From Podarcis erhardii (lineage: Eukaryota): a DNA stretch of 64,000 nt. Positions 1 to 13,987 of the stretch are shown here, in pieces (the stretch's first letter is position 1; every line of letters begins with the position of its first letter). The position numbers were made by a program, and so were the translations under genes. Location of the stretch: assembly GCA_964252035.1 (NCBI GenBank), contig OZ176205.1. One strand, given 5' to 3'. The notes beneath the pieces were generated by a model. That model did not search any database. It was not told the DNA's origin and saw nothing but the letters and a program-made list of their open reading frames with translations.

Positions 1-234
1 ACAGGTGCATGTGTCATAGGAAAGGTTTATGTGAAAGGCAAAATTCAATCAAACGTTCATGAGACAGAGAGAAAGGAGGGGGAGGAAAGGAGAGAACAGA
101 GTGGCTGGTAGGAAGGGAGGAGGAGAAGTTGGATTCAGGACCTATTTAAAGACAAATCTATCAACTTTGCACTTTGCACAACAATATGTGGACCGAAACA
201 CAGCTTATCTTTGGAGTTTGCTAGAACCCTAAAA

Positions 235-695
235 CCCACGAACATCCAGTGAAGCTGAATGTTGGAAGATGCAGGACAGATTTTTAAAAGTATTTCTTCA
301 CACGACACATAGTTTATCTATGGAACTCCCTCCCACAGGTAGCAATGGCCACCAACCTAGATGGCCTTAAACAAATTCATGGATGAGAGAGCTATTGATG
401 GCTAACCATCGCTGGTATGCTTTTGAATACCAGCTGCTGGAAAGCACAGGAGGGAAGAGTCAGAAGCAGATTTAGGGGAGTGCAAGTGGTTTGGTCACAC
501 TGGGCGCAGAGCCCCAGGGCACCACGGGGGCACCACAACTATTGATGTGGAATGGAAGGTAAGAGGTGGGGAGGTGCCAAATGTTCGTGTCACAGAAGTT
601 GCCAGCGAAATCTTAGGCTCCTGCTTGTGGGTTTCCCACAGGCTTCTGGTCAGCCACTGCTGGATTGGTCTGATCTAGCAGGCTTTTCTTATGTT
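235..695 (+). mobile_element. CR1 LINE 3' end, interrupted near 470-615
   Basis: gaagctgaatgttggaagatgcaggacaga..tatttcttcac..ctatggaactc..atggccaccaacctagatgg..gatctagcaggcttttcttatgttc. Confidence 0.65.
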
Positions 696-3218
696 CACAC
701 ATATCTGAATTTTGCGGTGCAGTTCTCCAACTAAACAATAGTTGCAAAAATGCATATATATTTGGGGAAAATGTGCATAAAAAGGAAGACTTTGGTGAAA
801 ATAACATACATGTATATTGGGAGAAATTCACACTAAGATTGTAATTCTCAAGGGGATTTTAAAAAAAATTGTTTTGCAAATTGCTGCAAGAATGTGGAGA
901 ACTGAATTTAAGATGACTGGAATAATGGACAAGGGAGAGAAATGAAATTGACAGAGCCTTCCATTCCTAGCAAACATTAGCAGAGAGAAAGAGGCAAGAT
1001 TCTGGTGATCTGAAAATGAGCAGAGAGGATAAGCAGAATGGCCACAGAAGTTTAATTGGAGTGAAGGGGTATGTGGGCTGCTTATGAGAGGACAAAGAGC
1101 TAGAGGGATTCCTCTTCACCTTCCTCCTAGCAGCCGCCTCTGTGTTAGAGGCCTGCATCTCAGCAACTGCTGGCAGAAGCAGGCGAGGCCTGAAGGGATA
1201 AGCTGCTGAGTCCCAGCTGACAGCAGCTCATTACTAACAGACACAGTGGGCCTTTACAGTTTCAATGTGCGTCACGTGGCTCCGACATTGAATTTCTAGT
1301 CACATAGCAAGTACTTTTTCTCCCTCGCAGACTCCAGCATGCAGCACCGTAGGCCGAATCTTTTGAACTGAAGATCATAATAATAAAAAACTCTTAAAAC
1401 CCAGAATCTGAGCCCACGCTTCCCTGAACAGAAGCAGCAACAGATTGCAGGCAACATGCAGCAAATGCGTGTGCTACACGGGAGCTAATGAGAAGGTGTC
1501 CTTTCGGCGCACAGTTTGCCAACAGAGAGCTTTGTCCAGCTCCTGTTGGAATCTGTCCATTGATTTTAATGGAAACAGGAGCCATCCCTCGAACCTAAAT
1601 AATAGCTTGTTTTTCTATAACCCTTTCATCTCCAAGGAACCTTGCCGGATTTTGCAGAACGCATCCTTGCCTGTTGTTGCAAATGCAGATGTGGCTCAGG
1701 TCCGTTGGCCATCACAATTTTATCGCTATTTTGCAAAATATGGGGGGGGGGGGGAGCCAATCTGTAAAAGTTCTTTGCACACTGGTGAAAATTGGATCTT
1801 AATGAGGAAGTTTAACTAGGACAATATAATTAACAATCTCTGGCACTGTGAAAAGGCCCATGTGATTTTCTTAAGGACCATATAAGCAACTGGAACCATT
1901 ATTGAAACAAAGAACTTATGAAGAGGGATCAGAAGTGTGTGACCTTATTCATCAAAGAAAAAAGGAAGGATTGTGGTGAGGACCTATTTTCCACAAATTT
2001 ATTAGAGGGGGGGTAGTACAATAAAGGAAGGAGAGCTATTTAAACTAAAGAACAACACAAAAAGAAGCTTCTTAGCAGTGGTGGGAATGCAAGGAGACTG
2101 ACTGTAGGTGGAGTCAGAGCCAATAGTAGGCGGAGCCAAGAGTATGCTGGGATTGCCCAGCTGATACGGAGTATGAGAAGACTCTGTAAACAGTGCAAAC
2201 TGATTTATTCATGCAGAATAAACCCTAATATTTCTTCTTTGCTATTGCATTGAAGTAAATGATACCCTGATGCTTTCATAGCTGCCAAATGCGCCTGTGC
2301 CAGCAAAGCTGGGGAAAACACATAATCCCTGCAGATATAAAGCAAATGCATCAAGGGAAAAGACTAGGCTAAAGCCATCTTCTTTGTATGCTACATTGGC
2401 ACATATACAGTGAGGGGTTTTGTTTGTTTGTTTAAAATATTTCTAACCTGCCCTTCATCTCAAGTGTTCCTGGGGCAGGAGACCATAAAGAAAAGGAAAA
2501 GCACAAATGCCATCAACAACATCATAGAATCATAGAATCATAGAAGAGTTGGAAAACCAGATAAACCATTGGCTAACAGTGATAAACAATAACAAAACCT
2601 GGCCATGAGTATGGAAGGTTTGCTCAAATAAATGGATTTTCACTGGGTCTGAAAGGGGGGTGTATTCCATAATTGAGGGTGAACCACAGAGATGGCACAT
2701 TGGTACAAGATTTGGTATGTCAAACAAGTTTAGAGGATACACTCTTGCACTAATAAACAAGGGGTGAAGGATCCTATAGTAGAGAATCAGACTATGAGGA
2801 CATGTGCCGTGTGACCCATGCGATGATGTGGAAAGGAAGCCAGAAATGGCAGTCATGGCTATGCTGGGCAACCCAGTGAAGAGGAGAAGCTGCAGCATTG
2901 CTGGGGGAGGTGGGAGGGGGCGAGTTTTTCCTACCTACTAAAATCATGCCTCTCTGAAGTCTGTCTCCATGATCTGGTAAGCAACTCTCCTGCCATGCAA
3001 GGAAAAAGCCACACCCCTAATGAGATGAGACTCATGCAAAAGGAAAGTCTGAAGAACCTGTTCAACAGTGCAATCATTTCTCTCCAGAGGAAACAGAAGG
3101 ACAGAGCACTGTTAATTACAGCTACCTGCAATCACACTTAGATTGCTGGCTTTCCTTAGACAGCTGCTCGTTGGGGATTGGCCACAACCACAAGGAGTTG
3201 CTCGAGCTCAGGTATGAA

Positions 3219-3346
3219 GAACCTCTAACTCTCCAGATGTTGCTGAACTACAAGTCCCATCACTACTAGCATTGTCCCTTCTTGCTGGAGTTGATGGGAG
3301 TTGTAGTTGTGGCAACATCTGAACTGCCAAAGGTTCCCATCACCTG
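3219..3346. mobile_element. Short hairpin-type MITE (also partial near 28125-28240, 39291-39440, 54213-54300)
   Basis: ctccagatgttgctgaactacaagtcccatca..tgatgggagttgtagtt..gcaacatctg..aggttccc, an internal inverted repeat. Confidence 0.65.
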
Positions 3347-5791
3347 CTCTAGCTGATGGTTCCCCAGCCCTGAACTGAGTAGAGGTAAGCTCTGCTAATT
3401 GAAGGTGAGTTGGGAAGAGGAGAGATTTCCTTCAAAGTTAGGCACTGTCTCCCCACCCATAAAAGGCCCTCCGAAACTGTCATGATTTGGGGTGGGGTGG
3501 AGCTCAGTTACATACCAGCAAATTCAGGCTGTACAATTAAAGTTGATTTGTGGGGGGTGGCCTTCTGCGGAAAATCAGGCTTTTTGCAATAAGGAAAGCG
3601 ATTGTAAAATCAGGGCCGGCACAAACATTAGGTGGGGTGAAGCTGCTGCTTCAGGCGGTAGAAACCCCCAAGGTGGCACCCCTACAAGCACCTCACCTGC
3701 CCCACCACCAGTGGGGAGGTTGCGCTGGTATCAGCACTCTCACCGAAATCACAAGAGATATTGCAAAGTGCATGAGATCTCATCCAGAATTGGCATTGAT
3801 GGTGGTGCGCAGGCAGCAGGATTGGTGGCGCAGGTGGCAGGGCAGGGTGGCAACTCCCATTTCACCTCAAGCAGCAAAACAGGACTCACCTTCCCTGGGT
3901 AAAATGCATGGGAAGTGTGGGGTGGCACTTGCCTTGATGCAACCTAAGCTGCCCACAAACAATCGGGCTGAATAATGATTAAATAGCTGTGATTGCCTTA
4001 TCTCTCTGCAAACAAATCAGACTCAATGCTCATTAAATAAGTCATCTAGACAGAACCAAACAAGCAGTCTTGCCCTGCACACCATGGTTCCTACATCCCA
4101 GCAAACGCTGCATCAATAGGACTATGTGTTTTGCCTCAGCAGTATCATTTTTTGTGTGGAACCAGTTCATAGGCACACACTGTCCCCTTCCTCTCTCAAA
4201 GGATCATACAGTGAGAAATGATAGTGATAGGTTACAGCACCTCAGACCCAGCAGAGTATTCCTGTGGCAGAATGCAAAAAAGATTCTTTCCCCCAACTTC
4301 TCAAAGCTGAGAATGAAGAAGACTCGGCTATTGATCGTTATCCAGGGAATTCCTCATTACAGCTACCACTGTTTAACTAATCCTCTTGGTCTAGATTTTT
4401 TACTGCTGCGGATTTCTCAAAATCCTGACCTAGATTCAGCAATCACAGATGTGATTTATGACCCTAGACAAAGTCTTTTTTCCCTTGCCAGGCACACTGT
4501 CTGCATTAAGAGGGATGCGGTATTCTGAAACCCCTTCTGTGAAAAGTTCCCTGTGATCCTCACTGAAACTTAACGCAAGGGTCTAGCTGCTTGGCTTTTA
4601 CATTTCACAATCCTGTTCAGGATGTGAGTGCAGAGATAGATGCCAGGGACCTCCAAGTTTCAAAGAACAGCATTGAGCACCTTAAAGGTTGGACACTGGA
4701 TAAATTTGATCTCACAAAGTGGACTTCATAATATTTATTTATCTCCAGCGCATGTTGGAAGACCTGTGGGTAGAGGGGGAGGAAAACCAATTAAAATTAT
4801 TACTATTTTCACTCCTGGCCTCCTCTAAAAATGTTAAGATCGCTCAGTTCCTCTATAAATGTTTAAAGTAAGCATTCTACCTCTGCACAGTTTATCTCCC
4901 TCCCCTCCACGCTGAAATACATCCCAGTGGTTGAGACATTAAAACACACTCATAAATGTCTCATCTGGCACTTCCTGCTCAGAAGGGGCTCCCCATTTCC
5001 CCTCCCTGAAGCCCCTCAGTGGTGCAGTGCAATAAAACAGTAAATGACTTTGCATGCTACCTCCTGGCATCATTGGCTTCTAATTAAGAAATAATGAGGC
5101 AGACTCCATTCTAGACTGCGGAACTAATAAATGACGACCAACAGGTCCCCTGCCCCAGCTTTATTTCAGCAACCGAAATAATCCTGCCCAGCTCAGTGCT
5201 CCTATTTGCATAGGGCAGATTTTTGTAAGCGGGAAGAAGATTCTCATTATCTCAATGGAGGCAGGGGAGGAAGCAGAAACAGAACGGAATCCCTCGGCGT
5301 GAATCCTATCCATGCTTGTGCTCCACCCTGCATATAAAGCACATCTTTCCCTCCAGGCAAAGAGCACGTGGTGTGAAACCAATAACTTTAGACCCCTTGT
5401 GCTAGTGTCACTGGAGATCGCATAGAGCATTTCGCAGTCTAATTGTCTACTAATTTTGCCCCCCAAATGAGTTTTTGGGATATCATACTCCCCTTAAAGC
5501 AGAGTGTGTGCCAGCTAAGATGGAGAGCAAGGATGGGGAACCTTGGGCACCAGGGTCATCTTGCCATGGGCCCTGTGGCACTAGCTGGAAGGGGTTAGGA
5601 AAGACAGGATGTGTCAGAGGAGGAGGAGGACCCAAGGTCTTCTCTTCTAAGATTCTGGGCCATAAGAGGATAAGGAAAACCTGCTGGATCAAAGCAGTGG
5701 TCCATCGAGTACAGCATTCTGCTAAAAACCCACAAGCAGGACCTGAGTACAAGTTGTTCCTGAATACAGATCTTCAGTTTCCATACTCTCT

Positions 5792-5847
5792 GGAGGGGAG
5801 GGGAGGGGAGGGGAGGGGAGGGGAGGGGAGGGGAGGGGAGGGGAGGG
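5792..5847 (+). repeat. (GGGGA)n pentanucleotide repeat
   Basis: About 11 units, read directly. Confidence 0.97.
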
Positions 5848-6343
5848 AACCAACTGAAATCTGTGGAAATATGACCATTCCTCACCTTTGGGGGAATTGC
5901 TCTAGCTGGGCTTCCATTTGCTTCTTGCACAGACAGAGAAACATTAGCTGCTTTCCATAGCCCTTCTGCCCCTATCTGAAACTGGTGCTGCCTTGCAACC
6001 GGGAAAGGACTTCATTGTCCTTGTCAAGCTCTGTTTGGATGACATCTCACTCCCTGTTATCATTATGCACTGCCCATATTCCCTTGTCTGTCCCAGGTCT
6101 GGCTTCCTTCCACCACTTATACGAGTCCTGTGCCCCCTTTCCAGCCATGATGGAGGGAGAATGTTTTCAAGAACACACCTTAGCCATCAGCAGCAGTGAT
6201 GGACGGGGGAATGCCAGGAAAACAGTGCTTGGCAGTTTGATGGGCCCCAGCTGAAGTATTGCACAAGGTGTGTTGGCAAGAAGCCTTTACAAGGCATCTG
6301 CCAACAGTAAGAGCATTAGCTTTGTGTACAGACTATGCAGCTT

Positions 6344-6346
<3 letters not shown>

Positions 6347-6388
<42 letters not shown>
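6347..6388 (+). repeat. (GT)n microsatellite
   Basis: Read directly. Confidence 0.97.
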
Positions 6389-6391
<3 letters not shown>

Positions 6392-8859
6392 AGTGCTGTC
6401 TCTGCTTCTGTATTTTCTTAGCCACAGTTTATCTTCCCCCAAGAAGACTGAAGTTTATCAAAGTTAGATTCCATTACGCCAGTCATATGTTCTTCAAGGC
6501 TCAGCCTGGCGCAAAGGGATGGGAGGCTTTTTCAGTCAGCACAACATAAGGCTGAGGTGATCCATCAATGCTCAGACTGTCTAGAATGTGTCTGTCTGCC
6601 CACTAGGGACACCATCGCAGTCATGGCAGCTGCAATTCTGCAGTGATATGGAGTATGCAGCATAAGGAAGCAAATACAACTAGGGCAGGAACCACATTCT
6701 GCTTTCAGTAGCAGAAATATCATACTGTGGGTGGTGCACTACCTGATCCAGGAGTTGGAAGGGTCTGCTTCATTCCACACTAAGACACCCTGCTTCAATA
6801 TCCTATTCCACAGGTGGGCATCCTTGGTCTAATTTCAGTGGCTGACAAGGAGGAGGAGATGGAGATGAAAGGAGTAGAACAGAAAGAGAAAGGGGCAACA
6901 GAAAAAGAGAAAGAGATAATGGGACGGTTGAAAAAGAAGAGAGGGTGGCCCCAGCTACTTTTGGCTCTGGGTCCACCCATTTTTGGCTCTGAGCTTGCCT
7001 GCTTTAGAGTCTAGCCCAGCCCACTGCTGGTATGTGGTCCCTGACAGATTACCCCAAGTGAATGTGGCCCTGGACCAACCCCTGTTCTAAGCCAATAGTT
7101 GTATTGGCAAAATATCAGGGGTTTATCTGCACAGAGCAGCAGTTCTCAGTAGAGAAAGTACTGTCAGGTCCAGTAGGTGTTTAGGGAATAGGAACCCCTC
7201 CATGCATAATTATATAATACATGTGAGAGAGACTGTTTTCAGAAATAACTATCTTTCATATACATGCCATCCTTGCATTTGTGCTAGTATCCTGTCCCAG
7301 AATGCATTGTGCACCCCCTTCATTTCCTTTCCTTTTTCATGCCATCTGCATACCCCTCTTTTCTTTCCAAAAGGACAGCCCAAGCGGCCAATGACAACAA
7401 CCAAAACGAGCACCAAGATGTCAAAAAGAAGAAATCAAACAATATGGGAAAATATCCCACAATAAAAATATCACAATAATCTGTCAATTAAATCCCATGG
7501 TGGACATTAATAATTCAATTAATAAACATGATTCAAAATTCATGAACATCAACTCAAATTCCTAAAGTAAAATCAGCTAACCCAAGGTGCTCTAAGCAGG
7601 CAAACACAGATTAAGATAAGGCCCCGTCAAGCATTCAGCCTGGAGTTGCAAGGCCTTTAGTGGGGCAATGGGGAGTGGGGGCATATTCTTGACTAGGAAG
7701 AGGCTTTTAAGCTTGTTTACCTAAATATGCTTATAAGTCCCTCTGTACTTTGACTTAAAGAAGCTAAGACCAGGAGTGGATGGGGCATGCCTGGTGACAC
7801 ACGGGGGAGGGGCTGCCACCCTATGCACTTTAGCCCTCACATGTCAGGGCTGAACACACCAGCCCCTGACAAGAGACAAAAGAAAATGCAAGTGCCCTTG
7901 CTACTCGCCTAAGTCACCCAAGGTGATTCTTCTTTGGAGTTTCCCCTTTGCAATTAGAGAAGCCATCTTGGTTTCTGATTTGATCCTGGAGTGTCCCAGT
8001 TTTTCTTTTCCCGCCCTTCTCATCTTGGAGCACAATTAAAACTAGTGGACAGATCAGACTCCCCATCCTCCTGTCCTTTTTGGAAACAGGAGCCTTGCAG
8101 AGGAAGCTCTGTGTAATCCTGGCCACTGTGCAATTGGAGTTCCGGACCGCATGGAACCCTGCTGCATGCATGTATCTGTAGGCACACAGGGGAGGCCTTC
8201 AGCAATTCTGCTCCTTAGCCTGGACTTTTTTTTCCTGCCTTCCTTCAGGGCACACAAGTCTTTAGTAGCCAAAGTGAAGTGGTTGCCTCTCAGAATAATT
8301 AATTTACTTCCATGTCTGGCTATAAATACAAATCAGGCAGCCAGAAATGTAAAGAGCTTAAAGGAACTAAACAAAGATTCATCAATCCTCCCATTATTCA
8401 AAGAAGACAAGGCCTTTGAGGGGGAGGGGGAGGTAGTAATACAAGTTTGTACCATGTTCTGCTACCCAAGTTCCACCCCATGGCATCAGGAGAAATTAAA
8501 CCTAGCCCTCAGCATCCTGAGACTTGATCCTAAAATTATACATAGATTAATCCAAACCCCCACTTACATCGGACTGGGAAGGGGTTGGATTGAGCAGATG
8601 TGTCCCTTCACCCAGCTCTGCCAGCTAAACTGGCAAACGTGGGTGGGTGGAAGGCTCCTCGGCAATGTCCTCTGTCAATGTGCATCAGTGGAAAGCCCTG
8701 ATACGAAGGCAGGATTGAACTCTGGATCTCAAGGCATTTTTGTTACTGTGGTGCAAAAGCATCAGGTCTGATCCAGACCTGGTTTGCTGCACCAGCCTGG
8801 AGCTGGTTCAAGGATCAGGCCCAGTTGTCCTCCTTCCTATCAATGCCTTCTGCTATGAC

Positions 8860-8965
8860 TAGGGTTGCCATATTTCAAAAAGAGAAAAGTTGTTGAGCTT
8901 TTTTTCCCCAAAATCTGAAAGAAAAAATAGTTTTTTGTGCAAAATCGGGACACATGGCAACCCTA
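8860..8965. mobile_element. hAT-type MITE remnant
   Basis: 11-bp TIR tagggttgcca/tggcaacccta. Confidence 0.65.
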
Positions 8966-11284
8966 GCTAAGGGTTGGGGGTTGGATGGCACCCTTTAACC
9001 AGGAAGGATTCTCTTCACATACTGTACATGCAGAACATGTGTGCTTTAAAGAAGCAACTCTGCAAGACAGACCTGGTGCCTGCACATGACGTCTGTTGGC
9101 AGATGCTGGAGTCCCAGCAGAGCCCATCAATGCTGGGACTGGTCTGCCTCCCCACTTTTTTGTTAGGCCCTAACAAAAGTGTTAGCCCCCGCAGCAGGAC
9201 TCGTCAATGCCACCACCATTTTAATCCTCAGTGCAATCCCTTACCAAGACCACTACATTGTGAAAGACATTGAGAGGGAATTAAAAATGGTAAAAGCACC
9301 AGAAAAACTAGCTACATGGCATGAGACTTCATACCACCTGCTGAAAGTTTCTTTGCACAAATCATCTACCTGGTGGTCTGCACTCTATAGTCTTCTTGGC
9401 TGCCCTTTTTCCTGGGCTGAAATGTAGTTGGCTGTACAAAACTAAGAATTACATCTGTTGCTTCTCTCACTCTTGCCTCTTGCTCTGGCTGCCACTGGCA
9501 GGCAGCCTCCAGAAGGTCGCTCACATGATAATATGGCCCTATCAGAGTTACACACACAAACACACAAAATGGCTTTGCTTCACGACAGAGCACAGGGGTG
9601 CGGAGGAGAGGTTGGCTGGTTTTCAAATGATAAAAGCTTTGCTGGCTTCTCTGTTTTTCCTGCCAAAGCCGCTGAACAAATGCTTCTCCAATCAATTCAA
9701 GGCAGGGGAGAGAAAATGGAAAGCACTGCTGCCTGGTACTTTGTTGCCAACAGAGGTGCACATTCAATAACCCTTTTCCCTAGGGGTATTTCCTTGGTAC
9801 CACATAACAAACAAAATGAATGCTCTTCCAAGAGGGTAAAGCTGCCTCACAGACTGCAGGGCAAAAGGCAGGGAGAACTAGAAGAATAACAGGCAAGGGA
9901 CCAACCCTAGCTTTTTGTAAGAGAGACCTGCTAGATCTTGCCACTCACTCAGTTCCAGGATCCTTCACTGGGACTCCCTGCCACTGGGAGAGCAGCAAAG
10001 GGAAAGCGGATTAATATTTGTGCCAGACAAAAATGAAATGAGCAACATGGTAACCCAAGGGGAGAGGCCCATCCATCCATCGAATGTGGGAGCCATACTT
10101 GTCCCTTCCTGATGCTGCTGCAGGACCAGCATGTGCAATGTTCAGGGGTGATGGCCAGGCTTTTTTTCTGGTGAGCCCAAGTTGCCCACCTCACTTCTGC
10201 AACCCTCAGTGCTCATTCCCCATGGTTGTCTTGTGGGAGGGAGGAGGGTGGTTCAGGAATTGCTCCAGGCTTGGGACTCAGTGGGCCCTTCAAACAGCCA
10301 GGGTACAGCTGGAGAGGCAGTTTTCCAAATCATAGCATATCCCCCCCTTTTTGGACTAGAGAACCCAGCCATTGTCCAGCTCTGTCTCTGGTCTTAAACG
10401 AAACACACAGGTGCTCTTGTGCTTTTGTCTGGCAGCGGCAGCACAGCATGAGAGGAGCACCTAATCAACAGAGATCAAATCAGACTTCATAATAGGTACA
10501 AAATGAGGTTACATTTTGAGATGGAATAAGCTCTTCATCAGGGGAAATTTAGCTCAAAAGAGGCACCTTTTCATAAGCATCGTTGTATAGTTCCTGCAAA
10601 AGGCACTCTGTGTTGGCAGCTTGGATGCACTCAGCTGTTCTTGTTATGTTGCCTCCCTGAGGGAAATTGTTTTCTGCCAACTCTCCCCCTTCCGGATTCT
10701 GTTCAGCTCATATTCTTTTTCTCTATACCATTCCACCTTCATGGTGATTCATTCTCTCCACCACCCCCAAACCCAAACCTGGAGGTGGGCGTTGGAAGTG
10801 GGGGATGGGATGGTGGGCAGAGGCTGACTGGTTCACAAGATGCGGGTGGGAGAAGTCAGATGCCATAGCCAATCTTTCATTCAAGCCCCATGCTCTATAA
10901 TGCTGGTTCTAAATCTCCTCTTGCAGGCAGGGATAGCCTATTGATCCTAGCCTGGGAATGCAAACAAATGTATTTGTTTGATTGATCAAACAAGGTTGCA
11001 AGGGGGAGAAGTGGTTGCTTAGTAAAAAAAAATTCCTAGGCAGCCAAGGTCTAAGTAAAGCACAGAGCAGCAAGAGAACAGTCTGTTCTAGTGGTTAGGA
11101 TGGTGATGGTGGTGATACAGTGTTAATTAACACACCAGTACCAGAGTAGTTGCATTATATTCAACACTGCTTTGTGAATTGTCACTGGAATTATTTTGCA
11201 AAGTATTAATGCACTTATTACTGTCTGCATTTCTTGCGTTTAATTTCCCTCTGACATCACAGCTAACATTTTTTCCTCTTTACA

Positions 11285-11286
<2 letters not shown>

Positions 11287-11323
<37 letters not shown>
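11287..11323 (+). repeat. (TG)n microsatellite
   Basis: Read directly. Confidence 0.97.
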
Positions 11324-11326
<3 letters not shown>

Positions 11327-13706
11327 AAATCTGTCAATTTAGGATAACATTCCATTCATTCCATTCTATTCTATTGTCTTTGTTGGTACAAACTAGCATA
11401 GCTACCCCTTAATAAATTTATTTAATTGTTGTTGCAGCTGCTGCTGCTGCTGTTGTTATTAAATGTATTGTCAGATACCAGTACTGTACATCAAGTTTCA
11501 TCCCGCATTTTAACATTCAACAGAGTTAATGCATTACAAACTTACTAACACAATGGCAGATGGATGAGTGGTTAAACCAAAGACCTTATTAAGCTTGGTC
11601 AATGAACAACTAAGTAGCCTGTGTATCAGCTGTACATCACACAAGATTTGTCTTGTTTTTAACTGCTGATGGAAACTTTTGCTACCTGGATTTGCTACCT
11701 GGATTTGGTTTTTTCCCTTCTTCCCTCCCCATATTCCTCCCCCATTGGCACCATCTTTTGCAATGTAAGCTTGAGCAGAGTACTTATGGCCTGTTAAAAT
11801 CTTTGCATACCACCCAGAACATTTTTTGCATCTTATAAATAAAATGAAACAAATAAAAATAGTGTTAAGACAATTTGATCCACATACATAAAATCCCTGG
11901 CTATAATGCAGCAGACAAAATAGGTGTGATGACAGCTCTTAGCAAACGCTGCTTTTGTGCATCATAATCTTGAGTATATTCAAGTGCAAGCCTTTGAATC
12001 TTCCCAGGACTCTTCCAACCCCCACTGGGGTGCCAGAGAAAAAGGAAAGCCTGAAGGTAGCTAGAGGGCTCTAGCACAATGCAGGACTGCCTGGTTTATC
12101 CTCCCTCTCATCTGCCTTGTAATCTTGGGGGTGGCTTGCCCATTTTCCCTGGGATAAATCAGGGATGAGTGTGTAGGTGTGTGCATGAGAGTGAAATGTT
12201 ATATGTACACAATCCATTAGCCGCATCTTCAGAGCACCTATAATGTGCTAAAGCCTCCGACAATTATCTCATGCGATGAACAGGGAATGCACTACTAATG
12301 AGTTTACCAGCCTGCTTCTGTGAACAACCACACTCCCCTACGGTGGCTGGTTAGAACAAGGCACTGAAGGAAGCAGCAGAGAAATGTGTGGGACTTATTT
12401 TTAATTAGCTTCTTTGTTGCTTGGCATTCTGGTGACTTCCTGGAAGGCTGAATCTTCTGCTTGAGATCAAGCCAGAGGAGAGACTGGAACTGATCTGGGC
12501 TGGAAATCTGGGGGGGAGGAAGCTGGAATCCCAAGTGTGAGATTCGGCTGCATTAAGCTTAATGCGACCAGATGCAAAAGAGGGCTGGGGCTCCTGCATC
12601 TTTAATAACTGAGCAGAGGAGGAAAATTCAGCAGGTATTCTCTAAACCAAGGTGCAAGAACCCTGTCTTCTTTTGCATCAGCTACCCTAATTAGGCACTC
12701 TGCTCTGCAGAAATGCTTATGATATGTACTGTTATATGTTAGTTAGCATGTGCATTTTCTGGATTTAACCATGGGCTGCTGAGGGAAAAGAGAGTGAGGA
12801 AAGACAAGGTTCTTGCTTTTGTAAAAGCCATGTAGAAGAAGAAATTTGGGGGCATGCAGCTTCTCAGACAAGTAGCCCCCCACCTGCTGCAACTGCCTCT
12901 CCTGCACAACTATGAAAAGTTCATCACATTTGGTTACCCAAACTGGAAAGTATTTGCAAAAGATAGAGGAAGAATAAAAATGAAGTATTGAGCAGAAACC
13001 AACAGGCTTGAAGTAAAGATGGTGCTTCTGAAAACAGAGCTCAGAAATAGCCACGGGAGGTATGGAGCTAGCAACCAAAATCTTGCGGACATTAGCATGT
13101 CATGCACAGTCCCCAGATCTGCCAGGGCCACCATTCAGAAATGAGTATAGCTCTGTATATATGGGTTTACTTATTGAGGCTGCAATCCAATTCACGCTGA
13201 TCTGGGAGCAAATCCCATTGAACTCTTTGGGCTGTACATCTGAGTAGACATGGATGGGATTGCATGGTTATTTATTTCTAGTGCCATGGACAAGCAGTCA
13301 ATTGCTTTACAAAGAATGAGAGGGGAGGTCCCTGCCCCAAAGGGCATCTATAAATAGACATATCAGACACAAGAAAGGCAACAGGAGATGGAAACAGGTG
13401 AAGTGGAGTGGATTGTGCAATGAGTTCTATGCAGTGCTTTTTTTCAGCCGGAGCTTAGCTGGGCACCATTGCCATTCTAAGAGAACAAGGGAGAAGTTCA
13501 TGGTGAGTTCCAGGTACCTCTTTTTCTAGAAAAAAATGGCACTGGTTTTGTGGATTTAGCTTTAGTTACAACAGGGGCAGGTAAGGGTAGATCAGGATCT
13601 GTTGGTTGGACAGTTTAAGGTGGATCAGGAAGGATTTCTGGCTCCTGGTTGTTTAACTGTACCACCTGGGGGAAAAAGAAAAAGACTCTTCCCTCCTTAA
13701 ACTGTA

Positions 13707-13987
13707 TAATGGACCCTCTAGTAACGTACAGCTCTGGATATGTAACTTTTGGGTTACGAATGCGGCAAACCCGGAAGTGTATACTTCCAGGTTTCGGTGC
13801 GCGTGTATGCGCAGAAGTGCTCTGCACACTTCGTGCATGCACAGAAGTGCTCTGCGCACCACGTGCGCGTGCAGAAGTGCTCAATTGCACCGCACACATG
13901 CACAGAAGAAGCACCTCTGCCTTCAGACTTTTCAGGTTGCAGACGGACCCCCAGAACGAATTTAATTCGTATCCAGAGGGTCCACTG
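13707..13987. mobile_element. Tc1/mariner-type MITE with internal ~30-bp tandem repeats
   Basis: TA-(t)aatggaccctc..gagggtccactg-TA, with three to four gcagaagtgctc units. Confidence 0.7.

Noticed and set aside
1340-1362. REST/RE1-like cagcacc motif
   Set aside because: The right half-site (GGACAG) does not match.
8151-8771. 206-aa ORF
   Set aside because: No recognisable domain, motif or splice context; consistent with a chance ORF.
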